Shown piece after piece: positions 24,161-35,851 of a DNA stretch of 64,000 nt. A model generated the notes under the pieces. The model searched no databases and was not told the origin of the DNA. It was given only the letters and a program-made list of their open reading frames with translations. Position 1 is the first letter of the stretch; every line of letters starts with the position of its first letter. The position numbers and the translations under genes were made by a program. Source of the stretch: Bigelowiella natans CCMP2755 (Eukaryota; Protista; Cercozoa); NCBI GenBank assembly GCA_000320545.1, contig ADNK01002607.1, positions 176,149-240,148 on the forward strand, written 5' to 3'.

Positions 24161-26237
24161 GTTTCCGCCATCATCATCATCATTATTTTCCATCCTTATT
24201 CCGATCATGATAGAGTCGAATGAAAAGGCCCACAAGCACAGGTTACTACTACCCCTACATTGTCCGCGGCTTCTGGGAATTTGATGGAAGTTGGTGGGAA
24301 GATGTCAATAGGGTATTGCTCTTCCTTTGCTGCTGCTAAATTTAGAGGATGATGATGATGATGATTATACCAAGATAAATCAACATGAGCAATAGTAATG
24401 GTTCTAATGTGGATCAATGAATGACAAAATATTACCACCTGCCCGTGATCCAGCGGCATCATGATAGCCATGATTCTTATTTTGGTGAGGGCCCATCGCT
24501 GCTGTGAGTTGATCGTTTTCATAGGGTGGTGGTGGTCCAGATTGAGAGGAATGCTCAGGATACTTTGAAGAGGAGGAGGAGGAGGATGATGCCCTGTGGG
24601 GGATTTTCGCGGCTGGAGTCATTGATGGATGTGAAGATGATCCCCCCTGTTGCTTGTGTGGAGGAGGTGGCACACGCCAAAGACCTGTTTATGATTCAGA
24701 TGGAGGTTATAATCGTCATCATCATCATCATCTTCTTCTCCATCATCGCCACCGTCAAATACAACAAGTCTTGACAAGCAGCTTCCTCCTCCCCTCCTCC
24801 TCCTCCTCCTCCTCCTCCATGGTACAAAGAATCGAGGTCGTTTTAGACAAGACCCATAGTAGTAGTAGTAGTAGTAGTAGTATTCAAGGCATCAATGACC
24901 GAAATCTCTCAGCGCTCCAAACCACAATAATGGGTTAGTTTTTGGTCCTATTCTGGGATCTATTGCAGCTCCACCAACATGTTGCTGCTTTTGTGTAGAT
25001 GGTGGAAGAAGTCCACGGCTTCTCAGCCTCTCGCTAAAGCTGCTTGACTTTTCTGGTAGCCATTGGGACACTGATATAAAATATAGAATTGATGAGATAT
25101 GGAGGGAGGAAGAATGAACGAATGCAGGAATAGAGAAAGTTCGTGGATGGTGATCTCATGCCCAAAACAACAACATTTAACTTCTGCTGGACGCACCTTC
25201 GTGCACGGGTCGCCGAACTACGTTGTTCCACAGCCTAATAATTAGAAGCACCACTATAATCGACAGCAGGTATATGATTCAACGAAAAGAAATTATCAGC
25301 ACATTGTTCGAGCCTCGGGAAGGGATGGGAGCCGCGAGCATATCCTATTTCTTGCATTAATGGACGATGTCCAGATTCCGTGTCTCCATGCTTGCGATGG
25401 AAATACAAATGCCGGTGGCCCTTGGTAGCGTCTATATATTTCACTCATCGTCAATCGTTGGTCAAAACACAATAGGCAGCACAAAGTTTTAGTTGTGATA
25501 GCGTTTGAGGGGTGACTATGTTCTTAGGAAAATTTAGGTCGTGATCACCACCTTAATCCGAAAACGATCAGTGTGACCACCATGAGGTAACGTAACCAGT
25601 TTGGTAGAGCCATTTAAGGTCGTCGACGTTGTCGCTGGTGCCCTTGATATACTGCCATTAACGGTGGCCGTTCTTGCTGCTATCAATGATGTTGTATGGA
25701 ATCGTATGTAACCATAGAAGAGGGGTAATCGTATGATCCCAGCCTTGTGCGGGCTTAGTTATCGTATCATACTCCTGCTGTCACTATGACGGTGGTAGCG
25801 GCGTTTATATGTGTGCGGGTGAAAGAGCCTATCCTCCCCCTGGTCCCATGAACAATGAAGACGTATCTTCTTATTAGTTGGATGGAGGAGTTGTTCCCGT
25901 TGGTTACCCGCCGCCGGGAGGAGGGAGTTGTGCTTCTACTACTCACAGCAAGATCAGCAATGCTCCCAACGATGATAGATTCTACGCGGAAAATGGCTCA
26001 AAAGGACACTATCTATGTTGTCGCACACTGTGATTTGTATGTGTTTTTCCTTACGACTATGGCTGGTGGTGTTGCGAAATGGGATTTCCAGCAGCAGCGG
26101 CAGCAGCTAAAGGGTTGGAAGACCTACACAACGCAACACAAAAATGGCAATGATGATCATCATCTTCATGATGAAGAACTAGACGGAGGAATCGAATAGA
26201 ACAAATCATCTTTGCACGTTATTGGAATGAGAGGCAT
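23630..26237 (-). CDS. Unresolved spliced coding region: separate hypothetical gene or N-terminal extension of the hydrolase
   Basis: Chain of GT-AG bounded open segments: YIKGTSDNVDDLKWLYQT / DATKGHRHLYFHRKHG...HPFPR / LWNNVVRRPVHE / EKSSSFSERLRSRGLLPP...LLWFGALRDF / Pro-Ser-rich 24404-24673. No domain recognised and the start codon is not established. Confidence 0.45.
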
Positions 26238-26371
26238 CCAAGGGTTGAGAAGTACTGCAGCGAATAAGAGTGAGTAGCTTTCGAGACGACGTGGGACGCC
26301 AACAATGAGCGTTAGCAGTGATGCGGTATGTGCAACGTGTAATCTTCGTAAAATGTGATGTTCATTTGAAA

Positions 26372-27969
26372 ATGGGCGATACAGACTTCCGACGAAATAG
26401 AAGGAGTACCATCGCGTACGGTGTTCTGGAAACTAGATGGTTTGTGAATTATACTCACACATTAATAATTTCAACATTGCAGCTGAAAGTTTGGTGTACA
26501 ATTAGGCAAAGTTGTTTGCGAATCAGAGGCAGCATATCCTATGCAGCAGCCTCATTTTGAGACAGTCTTCAACCTTCCAAGTAGAGCAGGAAAAAGAGTG
26601 AAGTTTACCTTGAAGTGGATTTGGAATATTGGACTTGGTACGCGAAGAAGAAAGTGTATCTTACCCACACTGGTTTCTCCCTTTTCATCCTAATTCCCCA
26701 TCGATGTATATTCAGATGTTTCACCCACATCAGCCCGAGGCAGCCGCCGCAGGATTAAGCGCAATTCGACTGACGCTGGGCCCCAAACTCCCCGCGCTAC
26801 GTCGGGCATCTCCCCTCCTTCCTCCAGTAAACGGCTGAGACGTTCACCGGCTTGGCAACAAGAAGATGAAGGTTACACACAAGATGTTGCATCTATTGCT
26901 GATGAGGGTATAAACCAAGAGGCAGGCTCTGCCACCGACTCTGATGCAACAGATGAGGTACTTATAATGGATGCTATAAGTTTTTACGATTATGATGAGA
27001 TATATCCTTGCGTATTTGAAATTCATCTCTTTCTATCTTTCTTCTTCCTCCCTTTCTTCCTATTCTTCTACCTTGCAGGATCCTGTAGAAGAACAAAGCG
27101 TCAAGAAAAAGAAATTAACGGCAAGACAACGGGCAATGAATAATAAGAGCGTTGCAAATGCACTTGACGCACATTTGCTCAAGCTTCCGATGAAAGTAAC
27201 ATTAACATGACTTCAAAGAACTATTGCCATATTTCACTCCGTACTTTTTACTATCAGTTAAGATCTGGACAGAAGACACTCACTGAGGCGCAACTACTTA
27301 AAAAGTCTGAAAACGCACGAAAAAGACGCCTGGCCATTCTGAAACAGGTAATCTTCAGTGTAATTTTATCCTCAGTGCTCGTCAGCATCGTGAATTTCAT
27401 CCAATGTATTTCCTCTAATGCTGCGTTGTTGTTAAGGATGAAGAAAGAAAGTTAACAACCATTGAAAAGTTGTTGACGAAGACGGGCAAGCGAGATCATA
27501 GACGAAAATCACAGAAGGTTAAAGCTGTCACAGATACGAGACACGCGAAGTTTGCAAGAAGTTCTTCGAACGTATTATACCGTTGCCACTATACTGATAA
27601 AGAGAAGAGAGATCAGGTAAAATGGGATCTAGGATTGGTGGGTTTAGAGTATTACTAAAGTTTCGTTGTGAACTTCTGTGATGAATTGGTATAGTCTTCC
27701 AGCTAACACCATATATCTGATTATTTCAGATTGCAGTAAAGGTTTCGTTTCCGAAAACCCTAAATTTTAACGAGAGTTTCTGGAACACTGGGAGGTCGAT
27801 ATCCGAGCTCAACTCGATAATAAAAAACCGACCCATTTGTGCAAATCCAAACTGCAGTCAACTAAGACGTTACTCTTGCAAGAAAAATAGCTTGCCTGTG
27901 TGCCATCAGTTGACATGCTATAAGATTGTGTCCAAAATTTCGTGCGACACAAATTCACAAAGATCTTGA
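26372..27969 (+). CDS. INO80B: INO80 complex subunit B / Ies2 (PAPA-1 region plus HIT-type zinc finger)
   Basis: KKLTARQRAM, LTEAQLLKKSENARKRR...DEERKLTTIEKLLTKTGKR (PAPA-1) and C-terminal CANPNCSQLRRYSCKKNSLPVCHQLTCYKIV (zf-HIT-like). Stop TGA 27967-27969. Confidence 0.82.
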
Positions 27970-28955
27970 GAGTCCTTTTCAAATAAAAAAATTACACGGA
28001 AGCAGAAGTGGGACACCGAATGTGGTTTATAAAAGCGGATTCCACAACAAAATTGGAGATCGATTGTGTAGAATAGCAGTTTGAAAATTATGGGATTATC
28101 TCAGAGATTTGCATCATCAGTCAACATTTTAATTGTGTAGAACTCTTTGTCCAGAAGTGAAATTTTTGAGGAGCTATATGTGACCTACTCCAAGTCAACG
28201 CGCAATACAATGCGCGCAGCTGGAAATATGCAAGATAGTGTAAAGATTGTCTTGCATGCTCAGCCGACTCTTCGCATCTAATTAGCATGTATGCGCCGCG
28301 CGTGCACACACCAGTTTCAAAAGCTTTTTGTGGTTACGCGCTAGCCGCATCTGTACGTATACTAATATAATTAAATACTAAGCTGCCTCAGACTTCATGG
28401 AGCTCTAGAGCTATTAATAGCTAGCACAGATGCTGAAGATGGCGATCTAGCCTAGTATCGATGCACAAGCTGAACACACCAGTTGCGGCAAAGCTGAACC
28501 TGCATACTATCTAGCCATCTCTAGCTATAGCTAGATCTGCACACATAGCTACGCAAGGATGACTATTGGTAAAATATAGTAATTTCTAGATTTCATTACA
28601 GGTGCACGCCGCAAACGCGCGAGTTGTGCTTATAAGCTTGAAATGCTATGTCTCAGCACCATACTTTCATACGACCTGCGCAGCATTTGTGCCGTGTATC
28701 CATAGTACGTCTAGACGTATATAGGTATGCTAGTACGGTGTCGTACATGTAGTCAGACAATGATGTCATAAATAAGTTATAGGTACTCATTTTCATAACT
28801 TTGGCGGTTGTACTAGGTTCCTGTCTAGTTGGTAGCAGCGACGGTGCAAGCCAATGCTCTGTGGTGAGTCATTTTTTTGTCATTATTCTTAGATCCTTTT
28901 TCATATCCACGCTCTCGAGTGAGTTAAATTGATATATAAAATATGAAAATATTCT

Positions 28956-30475
28956 TCATTTTGACGATTTAAAATTCCGCTGCTGATCAGAATTACCTTC
29001 TGGACAGCATTCTACCGTCTTCAATGGCTGCGTCTCTGTCATCAGCATATTCCTAATTCCTATCTTTGAGATACTAAAAGATACTTTTCCCGATTTCTGG
29101 GCTGGCGAAAAGATCAAATGCATATAACGAGGTATATCTGGGTTAAAAGATAATGATCTTGTAAGCATGATTCTCGTATTTACACAAGAACTCCAGCTAA
29201 AACCCAACGCTGGCACGACTGTGCGGCCTGAGGACACACAGAAAGGAATGGGGATGATTAGAGGTTTTGAGTGATAACTTAATCCCACCCTACCACCTTT
29301 TAAATCTGGTTATTGTTTCCAAAATATCTTGCGTCATCATATTGAATTGTATCCAGTTCACCTTTGCTCAGCCTGCCGTATGCACGAGCGTAGCGACTAC
29401 CCGACATGTTCTCCAATGATTTAAAGTCATCTGAAACTTGATTCGTCACAACCTGCAATGTATATATATATATATATATATATATGTATTAATTTATGTT
29501 GTTTGTCATTTATAATATTTTATATATATGAACGATGATCAATAACTTTACTATTTGTTGGGAGAATTACCACAGGGCATCCATTCTCGTCACTGATTCG
29601 TTTGAGATAAGATGCGATTTGAAACAATGCTAACGATCTATCGCCCAACTGAAGAGAAGAAAGATGTGAATGAAACTCACAATTAAGGCAAATTTGAATC
29701 GTACACTACCTTGTCAAATGCAAATGTTTGCCTATATACAGCTGCAATTGAATCTATTACTACGAGTCGAACATTATGACTTTCCAAGAGCACTGGTATC
29801 TCCTTTGAAAGAACCCAGTTGAAATCTGCCTCCGTGTATTTCATATCTAGAGAAATGAAGCGAAGGTATATTCTATCCATACAGTTCGCAATCGAATCTT
29901 TAAGATGTGGGTTTTCCTCCTGATAAACAAACTCTTTAAAGTCGAAAGCCACTTGTTATTTAAAGATCAGTCACCGCAAGAGCATCAGCCATTTCTTTTA
30001 GTCTGCGATACGGAAAATATCGTCCAGTCTCCGTGGATATATAACAACATGCCCCACCCAAGCCACCGTATTTTGTGGGTAGAGTGGCCTGATTTCCATG
30101 CAAAGACAAACTCTGGTTCTGTCACCATTTTCTGGTTACTAGGAATTTTCGCGACAACCTGCAGAAGTAGTTGCAGAACTAGTTGAGTCTTGCCGACAGA
30201 TGCTTCTCCGCAGATCTCTGTGATTCCCTGATTATAATAATGTTATCTTATTAAACATCGAAGTTTAAGGCGGAGATTAATATTTTTCATTCTTTTGCAA
30301 TTGACTCGAATGAAGAGTTTACGAGAGGAGTATCGAATACCAGATTGATCCCCCCACCCAGAAGCTTATCTAGGCCCTGGCAACCAGTAGAAAGACTAGT
30401 ATTGTGTTTTAGGTCATTCCACTGTTCCCACGCTGTTGATGGAAAGGGGGGAACGCAGCGATGTGTTGACTCCAT
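28956..30475 (-). CDS. XRCC3: RAD51 paralog, XRCC3-like (a further short last exon to about 28780 is possible)
   Basis: LSTGCQGLDKLLGGGI, Walker A GITEICGEASVGKTQLVLQLLLQ, YGGLGGACCYISTE, FPYRRL, Walker B VRLVVIDSIAAVYR, VVTNQV, VPALGFSWSSCVNTRIML. PALGxxWxxxVxxR and IDSIAA are typical of XRCC3. Confidence 0.85.
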
Positions 30476-30789
30476 TGAGCCGAAAAGCCACCACCACCAC
30501 CACCACCACAAGAAGAAGGGCTGGTTCGTCGGAATTTGCGGGAAGGAGTTCCCACGTGACAACCAAACAAATGACTACTGAAAAATCATCCAAAATCAAG
30601 GCGATTTTATGATAAAAATAAGGATATTCTCGGGGATGACTCGTGCGCAGGTGGTAATCTCCAGAGATCTCCCGGTCGTCGTCTCGGCTTTCTTCGGTGA
30701 CTGTCTCTTCGTCTGCGCTCTCACATCGATCGGTAAAGAAAGGAGGACACCGGGAGAATAACACAGCACACCCAAAGGCTAAAAGGAAA
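30476..30789. promoter_or_regulatory. Putative bidirectional promoter (XRCC3 / SF1B helicase)
   Basis: 314-bp head-to-head spacer between the two inferred start codons. Confidence 0.5.
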
Positions 30790-31898
30790 ATGGCTGGCTT
30801 TGGTAGATCCGCTTATTTATTTTCTAACCTCCCCACTCGCCCTGTGCGATGCATTGCATTCTTCTTGAAAAATGTCTGAAAAATAGTAAAACAAGGGCAA
30901 GAAGCTCGGTCTCCAGTTTCGCTTACATGTTTATCGTTCGTAGGTGCGTCAGGGGCATGGTGGGACAACGACCAGGCCAAGAACCATCTAATGAATGCGC
31001 TCGCTCGAAACAATTGTGCGCTCCAATACGTGTGGGGTCGTTCCAGACATGTGAGTGAGAGAGAAAGAGAGAAAGAGAGAGAGAGTTTCACCCTTTCCAG
31101 CTCGCACGCGATAGGCAATACTGGAGTTACTAGCTCACATCTTACACATGCAAAATCGCTTTCTCTTTCCTATGTAGATGATCACATGCCGGTGGCGGAG
31201 GTCGGGTAATCGTGAAATCGACGCCCTACTGGAACCCTTGCTGGGCGAGTGCGGAAAGAAATACTGGTCCAGTGTGGATTTCATAAGACAAGCTTGCGAG
31301 GTTGTTTCAAGTTCTATGAATTTTATTCATATAGTGATGTTGATGGAAATGCGGTACACGATAAACGGTGTTAGTGGATAGTACATGTAGCAATCAACTG
31401 CTACGAGGAAGAGGTGTCGAGAGGGTACGACTAATGTGTTGTTTGTCATTATGATCTATCTATCTCCCCACGATTAGTAGTATCACCATATTCGATACAA
31501 AAGAATTACTGTGTCGTATATATCGCCTTTAGGCCCTGGACAGACGCAATCTTCTGAGAGGGAGGCCTGTGACAACTCCAAGAGCATTGGTAGAAATCGT
31601 GTTGTAGGGGAGGGGAGAAAGAGAATGAGAGAGAATAGGAGAGAGAGGGGGAGGGAGAGAGAGACTTGATTGATGATAATTACAACAATGGAGACGAGTG
31701 AAACGTGAATCAAGTTATTTTATAACTGGATTAGGCCCTCCTTGCACAAGGTGAAAGAATTAAGAAACCCAAAGGGTACGACGAATCCATCAATTTGACA
31801 GAACTAAAAATAATGCAATTTACAATAAGATGCCACGTCTTGGGAAAATATTTCTCATTTGATCTTTATCATCATAACCATCCCAAGCCGACCATCAC

Positions 31899-31934
<36 letters not shown>

Positions 31935-32748
31935 GTATCATTGTCAGAGACCCCCCGGCTAAGCTTGGAGGAGCTTACACAGCAACTGGTGGTCAAAGTC
32001 AATCGAGGGGGAGATACAACAGCTACGGCTATGGAGGAGGAGGAGGAGGAGGGGGGAGAAGGCATAGAGGAGGGCCACAACACCGAATGATTCCACGTAA
32101 TAATAATATCGACTATCTCTCGCAAAGTCATTTACCAATCGACTACATGATTATCACGTTTTGAAGTAATAATTGAAGTCAACCGCAAAGAACATTTTGA
32201 TGAGGGAAATGGTAAATATTTTGACAGTGAAAACAATTCGGAAAGCAGCTGCAAGTGGAGACTATCGCATAGCAATGGACGCCTTTACACAATACGACCG
32301 AGTAATAATCACCATTCTTTACAAATGAAGAGCCGATTCTATCTCTTAGATTAGCTTCAGATAGTTACGACAATTGTGTGTTGTCCTTGTTGTATGAAAT
32401 GATATCGTTTTAATCAATCAGATGAGAATGGTAAACACGGAAACGATCGTCTTGACCCTCCAAGCTCTGGTTAGATCAGGACAAATCCCAATTCCAGAGT
32501 TGGTGCGTCATACTCTTCTTCTACCCTACGATTGTGTGTTTAGGATAATGATTTGATGATTATTTGTAGTAGTAGTTGTAGTAGTAGTAGCAGCAGCAGT
32601 GTGCATTTAGTAGCATTGTCGACTACAAAGCTACAAACATCATCTAAATGCACTGCTTGCTCTCTTTAGATGCAACGATGGTTATCGGATCTATCACTGC
32701 TTCCCAAGGTACTGCCAGTAGGAGGAGGGCCAGGCGATGCCAAAGGTG

Positions 32749-32779
<31 letters not shown>

Positions 32780-33190
32780 TACTGCCGCTGCTGCTACTCC
32801 TACAGTGGTTATAGCTTGACGACAATCTCTTCTTTGAGTCTAATTATTCCTTTCAGAATGAATATAATAAACATGTTCTTTTGGACTGCTGAACCACAAA
32901 AACTACTACAGGCCCACATATGCCACGGCAGCGGCGTATTCAGCATCACGAATGCTTTGAGCTTAGTAAGAAGAAACACCGAGCAATTGTTCATAAAAGC
33001 CATAATCAACCAACACAGTAGTAAATAATTCTTATTCCTTCTATCTTCGAAAACCGGTTTGATTTAGGTTCTTTCACAACTTCAAACTAGCATCTCTTAC
33101 CCAACTATTACTACCAATCCTCTAATTCTTATTCGCTTAATCCCCTTAGTTGCGATCATTCCTCAAAGCGTTCGGGACCAAGACGGTAGC

Positions 33191-33227
<37 letters not shown>

Positions 33228-34047
33228 TAGTAGCAGTAGTAGTAGGAGGAGGAGGTAGTAACATGTACTTATAGAACTTATTCTGATAATGGCGGTGGTG
33301 TTGGCTCGGTCTGTTGATGACGATGGTGATGATGGCAATGCCGATGACGATGACGATGACGATGATGGTATAGGGGCCGCCTTCGTTGAGGCGCTTATCG
33401 ATGCTTCCGAATTCCCGGACGACACCACCCCAAACGCAAGAACGTAGTTGCTCACTTAGTAGACTTAGTAGGAACATCAGAAGAAGATACTATCTCACAA
33501 AATTTCAAAGGAATAATCTAACCCCCCCCCCTCTCATTGATTGATAGATGTTTCTCACATTACGTTATTTTGTGATCTAATCGTTCTCCTCTTGTTCGTC
33601 TTCTTGTTCTTCCTCTTTCTCCTTTTCAACACGCGCTTTTGTTTATCAGATACGCACGTAGGCAATGTCGGCTGTTAGTTCTGGAACATTTGCATGAGGT
33701 GTTGCCCTTCCTACTGCTACTACTACTACCACCACTACTACTACTTGGACAATAACAATACCATTCTTCACAAGGAGAAAATACACACACACACACACAC
33801 AGAGGGATGGATGGATGGATGAATTGGCTATTATAAATGCACTACTTCTGATTATATATTGTAGTCGCTTATCTGCTGTTTGTCCTATCCCACCCACCAC
33901 CACAGGCACAGACAGTGAGAGAATCGACTATGACTATGTCCCAAGATTATATGATTAGGTACGTTACTATACTGCGACCTACTACCACTACTACTACTCC
34001 TCCTCCTCCTCCTCCTCCCATCTACCTTTTTCCTGCTTTTCATATTT

Positions 34048-34082
<35 letters not shown>

Positions 34083-34802
34083 ATGAGAGATTGTCATCGT
34101 CATTGTCGCTGTTAATTAATTATCACCAGGGGGGGCAGATGTTTAACACATCTACAAGTTGAGGCTAATCGTTCCGCCAAGAAGAAGAAACCGGTTAGTT
34201 AGTAGGGGGGGACACGAATACACACATACGCACGCACACACAGAGGGAGAGAGAGAGAAAGAAATTCATATCTTTAAAGGGAAGAGGGGGTGACGACGAC
34301 GACGATTATAATAATGGCGATGATATCTTGTTACTATTTCTTAGAATGGCATATCGTTCGGGATTCAGTATGCACAAGCAGCAAACAGCAAGCTGGATAG
34401 GGGCGATTCTGTCGCTTTTTGCACAATGGAGTACTTAGTCGTCTTGTCATCACACACAAGAAAGAAGAAGACGAAGAAGAAGAAGAATATGTGCTTTTCC
34501 ACTGCGTGTTGTTGCTGTTTGCTGGTGTCTCTATGATATACGTCTAAGTAAGGGTAGTATGGTTTTATGTATGTGCTAATCTCTTCTACTGTTTTTCTTT
34601 CAAAAGGGAGGCACCGCTACAAACCTTTTGTGAAGGCGATATTGTGGTAGTTAGTGCGACGAATAATAGTAGATTAAGTAGTTAGTGCGACGAATAATTG
34701 TAGATTAAGGGGAGATATAGCTGATGGACTATGCTGATCGCCATGTGATGATAATTCATGTCCCACGTCATACCAAGTAAGAAGTGGCGTCTCTTCACCC
34801 CT

Positions 34803-34836
<34 letters not shown>

Positions 34837-35423
34837 ATCTTGTTCTTCGTCGTCTTCTGTGTGTTCAATCTACCACTCGTTGATGCTCCTCTTTCATCCA
34901 TCCATCCCCCCCCATCCTTCCATCCGTCCATCAAAAGGACGCCAACAGGGAACAAATAGTGGTCAAGTTTCGCTGTCAGCATATATGGGAACAACTGAAT
35001 AGGAAATCGAGGTGTTGTTCGTAGTAGCAGCGTCAACCATTAGCAGTAGTAGCAGCAGTATTACTATTATTATTATTAGTAGTAGGAGGAGGAGGAGGAG
35101 CTGCTCGTAGTATGTGAATATTTATCATATCCATCAGGTATTTCCGATGTGACCGATATGGAAACAGGTAGTACTAATTGAATTCTTTATAGAGACAGAA
35201 GAAGAAGAAGAAGAAGAAACAAACGAACGATGAAGAAAGGACACCAACAAAGATAGTTATCTTGAAAGAATCTTTCCCTCCTGCCTCTCTTTCCATACTA
35301 CCTGCTCTATTTCTCGCCTATTTTGCTCACTCATTTACTACGGTGCTGCTGCTGCTGCTGCTTTACTTTGATTCTTAGGATTGTTTTCGGGAGACAGATC
35401 TTGGCAATTGAGATTCTCTCCAT

Positions 35424-35459
<36 letters not shown>

Positions 35460-35464
35460 GTTTG

Positions 35465-35517
<53 letters not shown>

Positions 35518-35811
35518 GGGGCTGGGGAAGAAAGATGAGGTGTCAGTAGTATGCATTCCTCGATGATAATTTGGTCTCTGGTGGTGGTTTGTTGTTGTTG
35601 TACATGCATGCTGCTTAGGGATTCAAAGCGCTCAAGTAACGAAGAGCAAGCATAAGACACTCAGTTTACCCCACCCGGTTGGTTGGTTGGATGTTGCAAG
35701 AAGAAGAACAAAGAAAGAACTAGAATTAGAGAAAGAAAAGAGAACAAATTATATCATGTTTGTCATCATCATCATCGTCATCATCATCATCATTGTCCAT
35801 TTCACATCTCT

Positions 35812-35851
<40 letters not shown>

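Noticed and set aside
26372-30475. INO80B next to XRCC3 as a DNA-repair gene cluster; NDUFV2 and QCR6 as a respiratory cluster
   Set aside because: No shared promoter or other evidence; such adjacency is expected by chance in a gene-dense eukaryotic genome.
31481-31532. Apparent in-frame TAG, or a 17-20 nt intron, early in the helicase (possible read-through or altered genetic code)
   Set aside because: A single ordinary intron 31301-31532 joins RQACE to ALDRR in frame. TAG, TAA and TGA all terminate conserved genes in this window.
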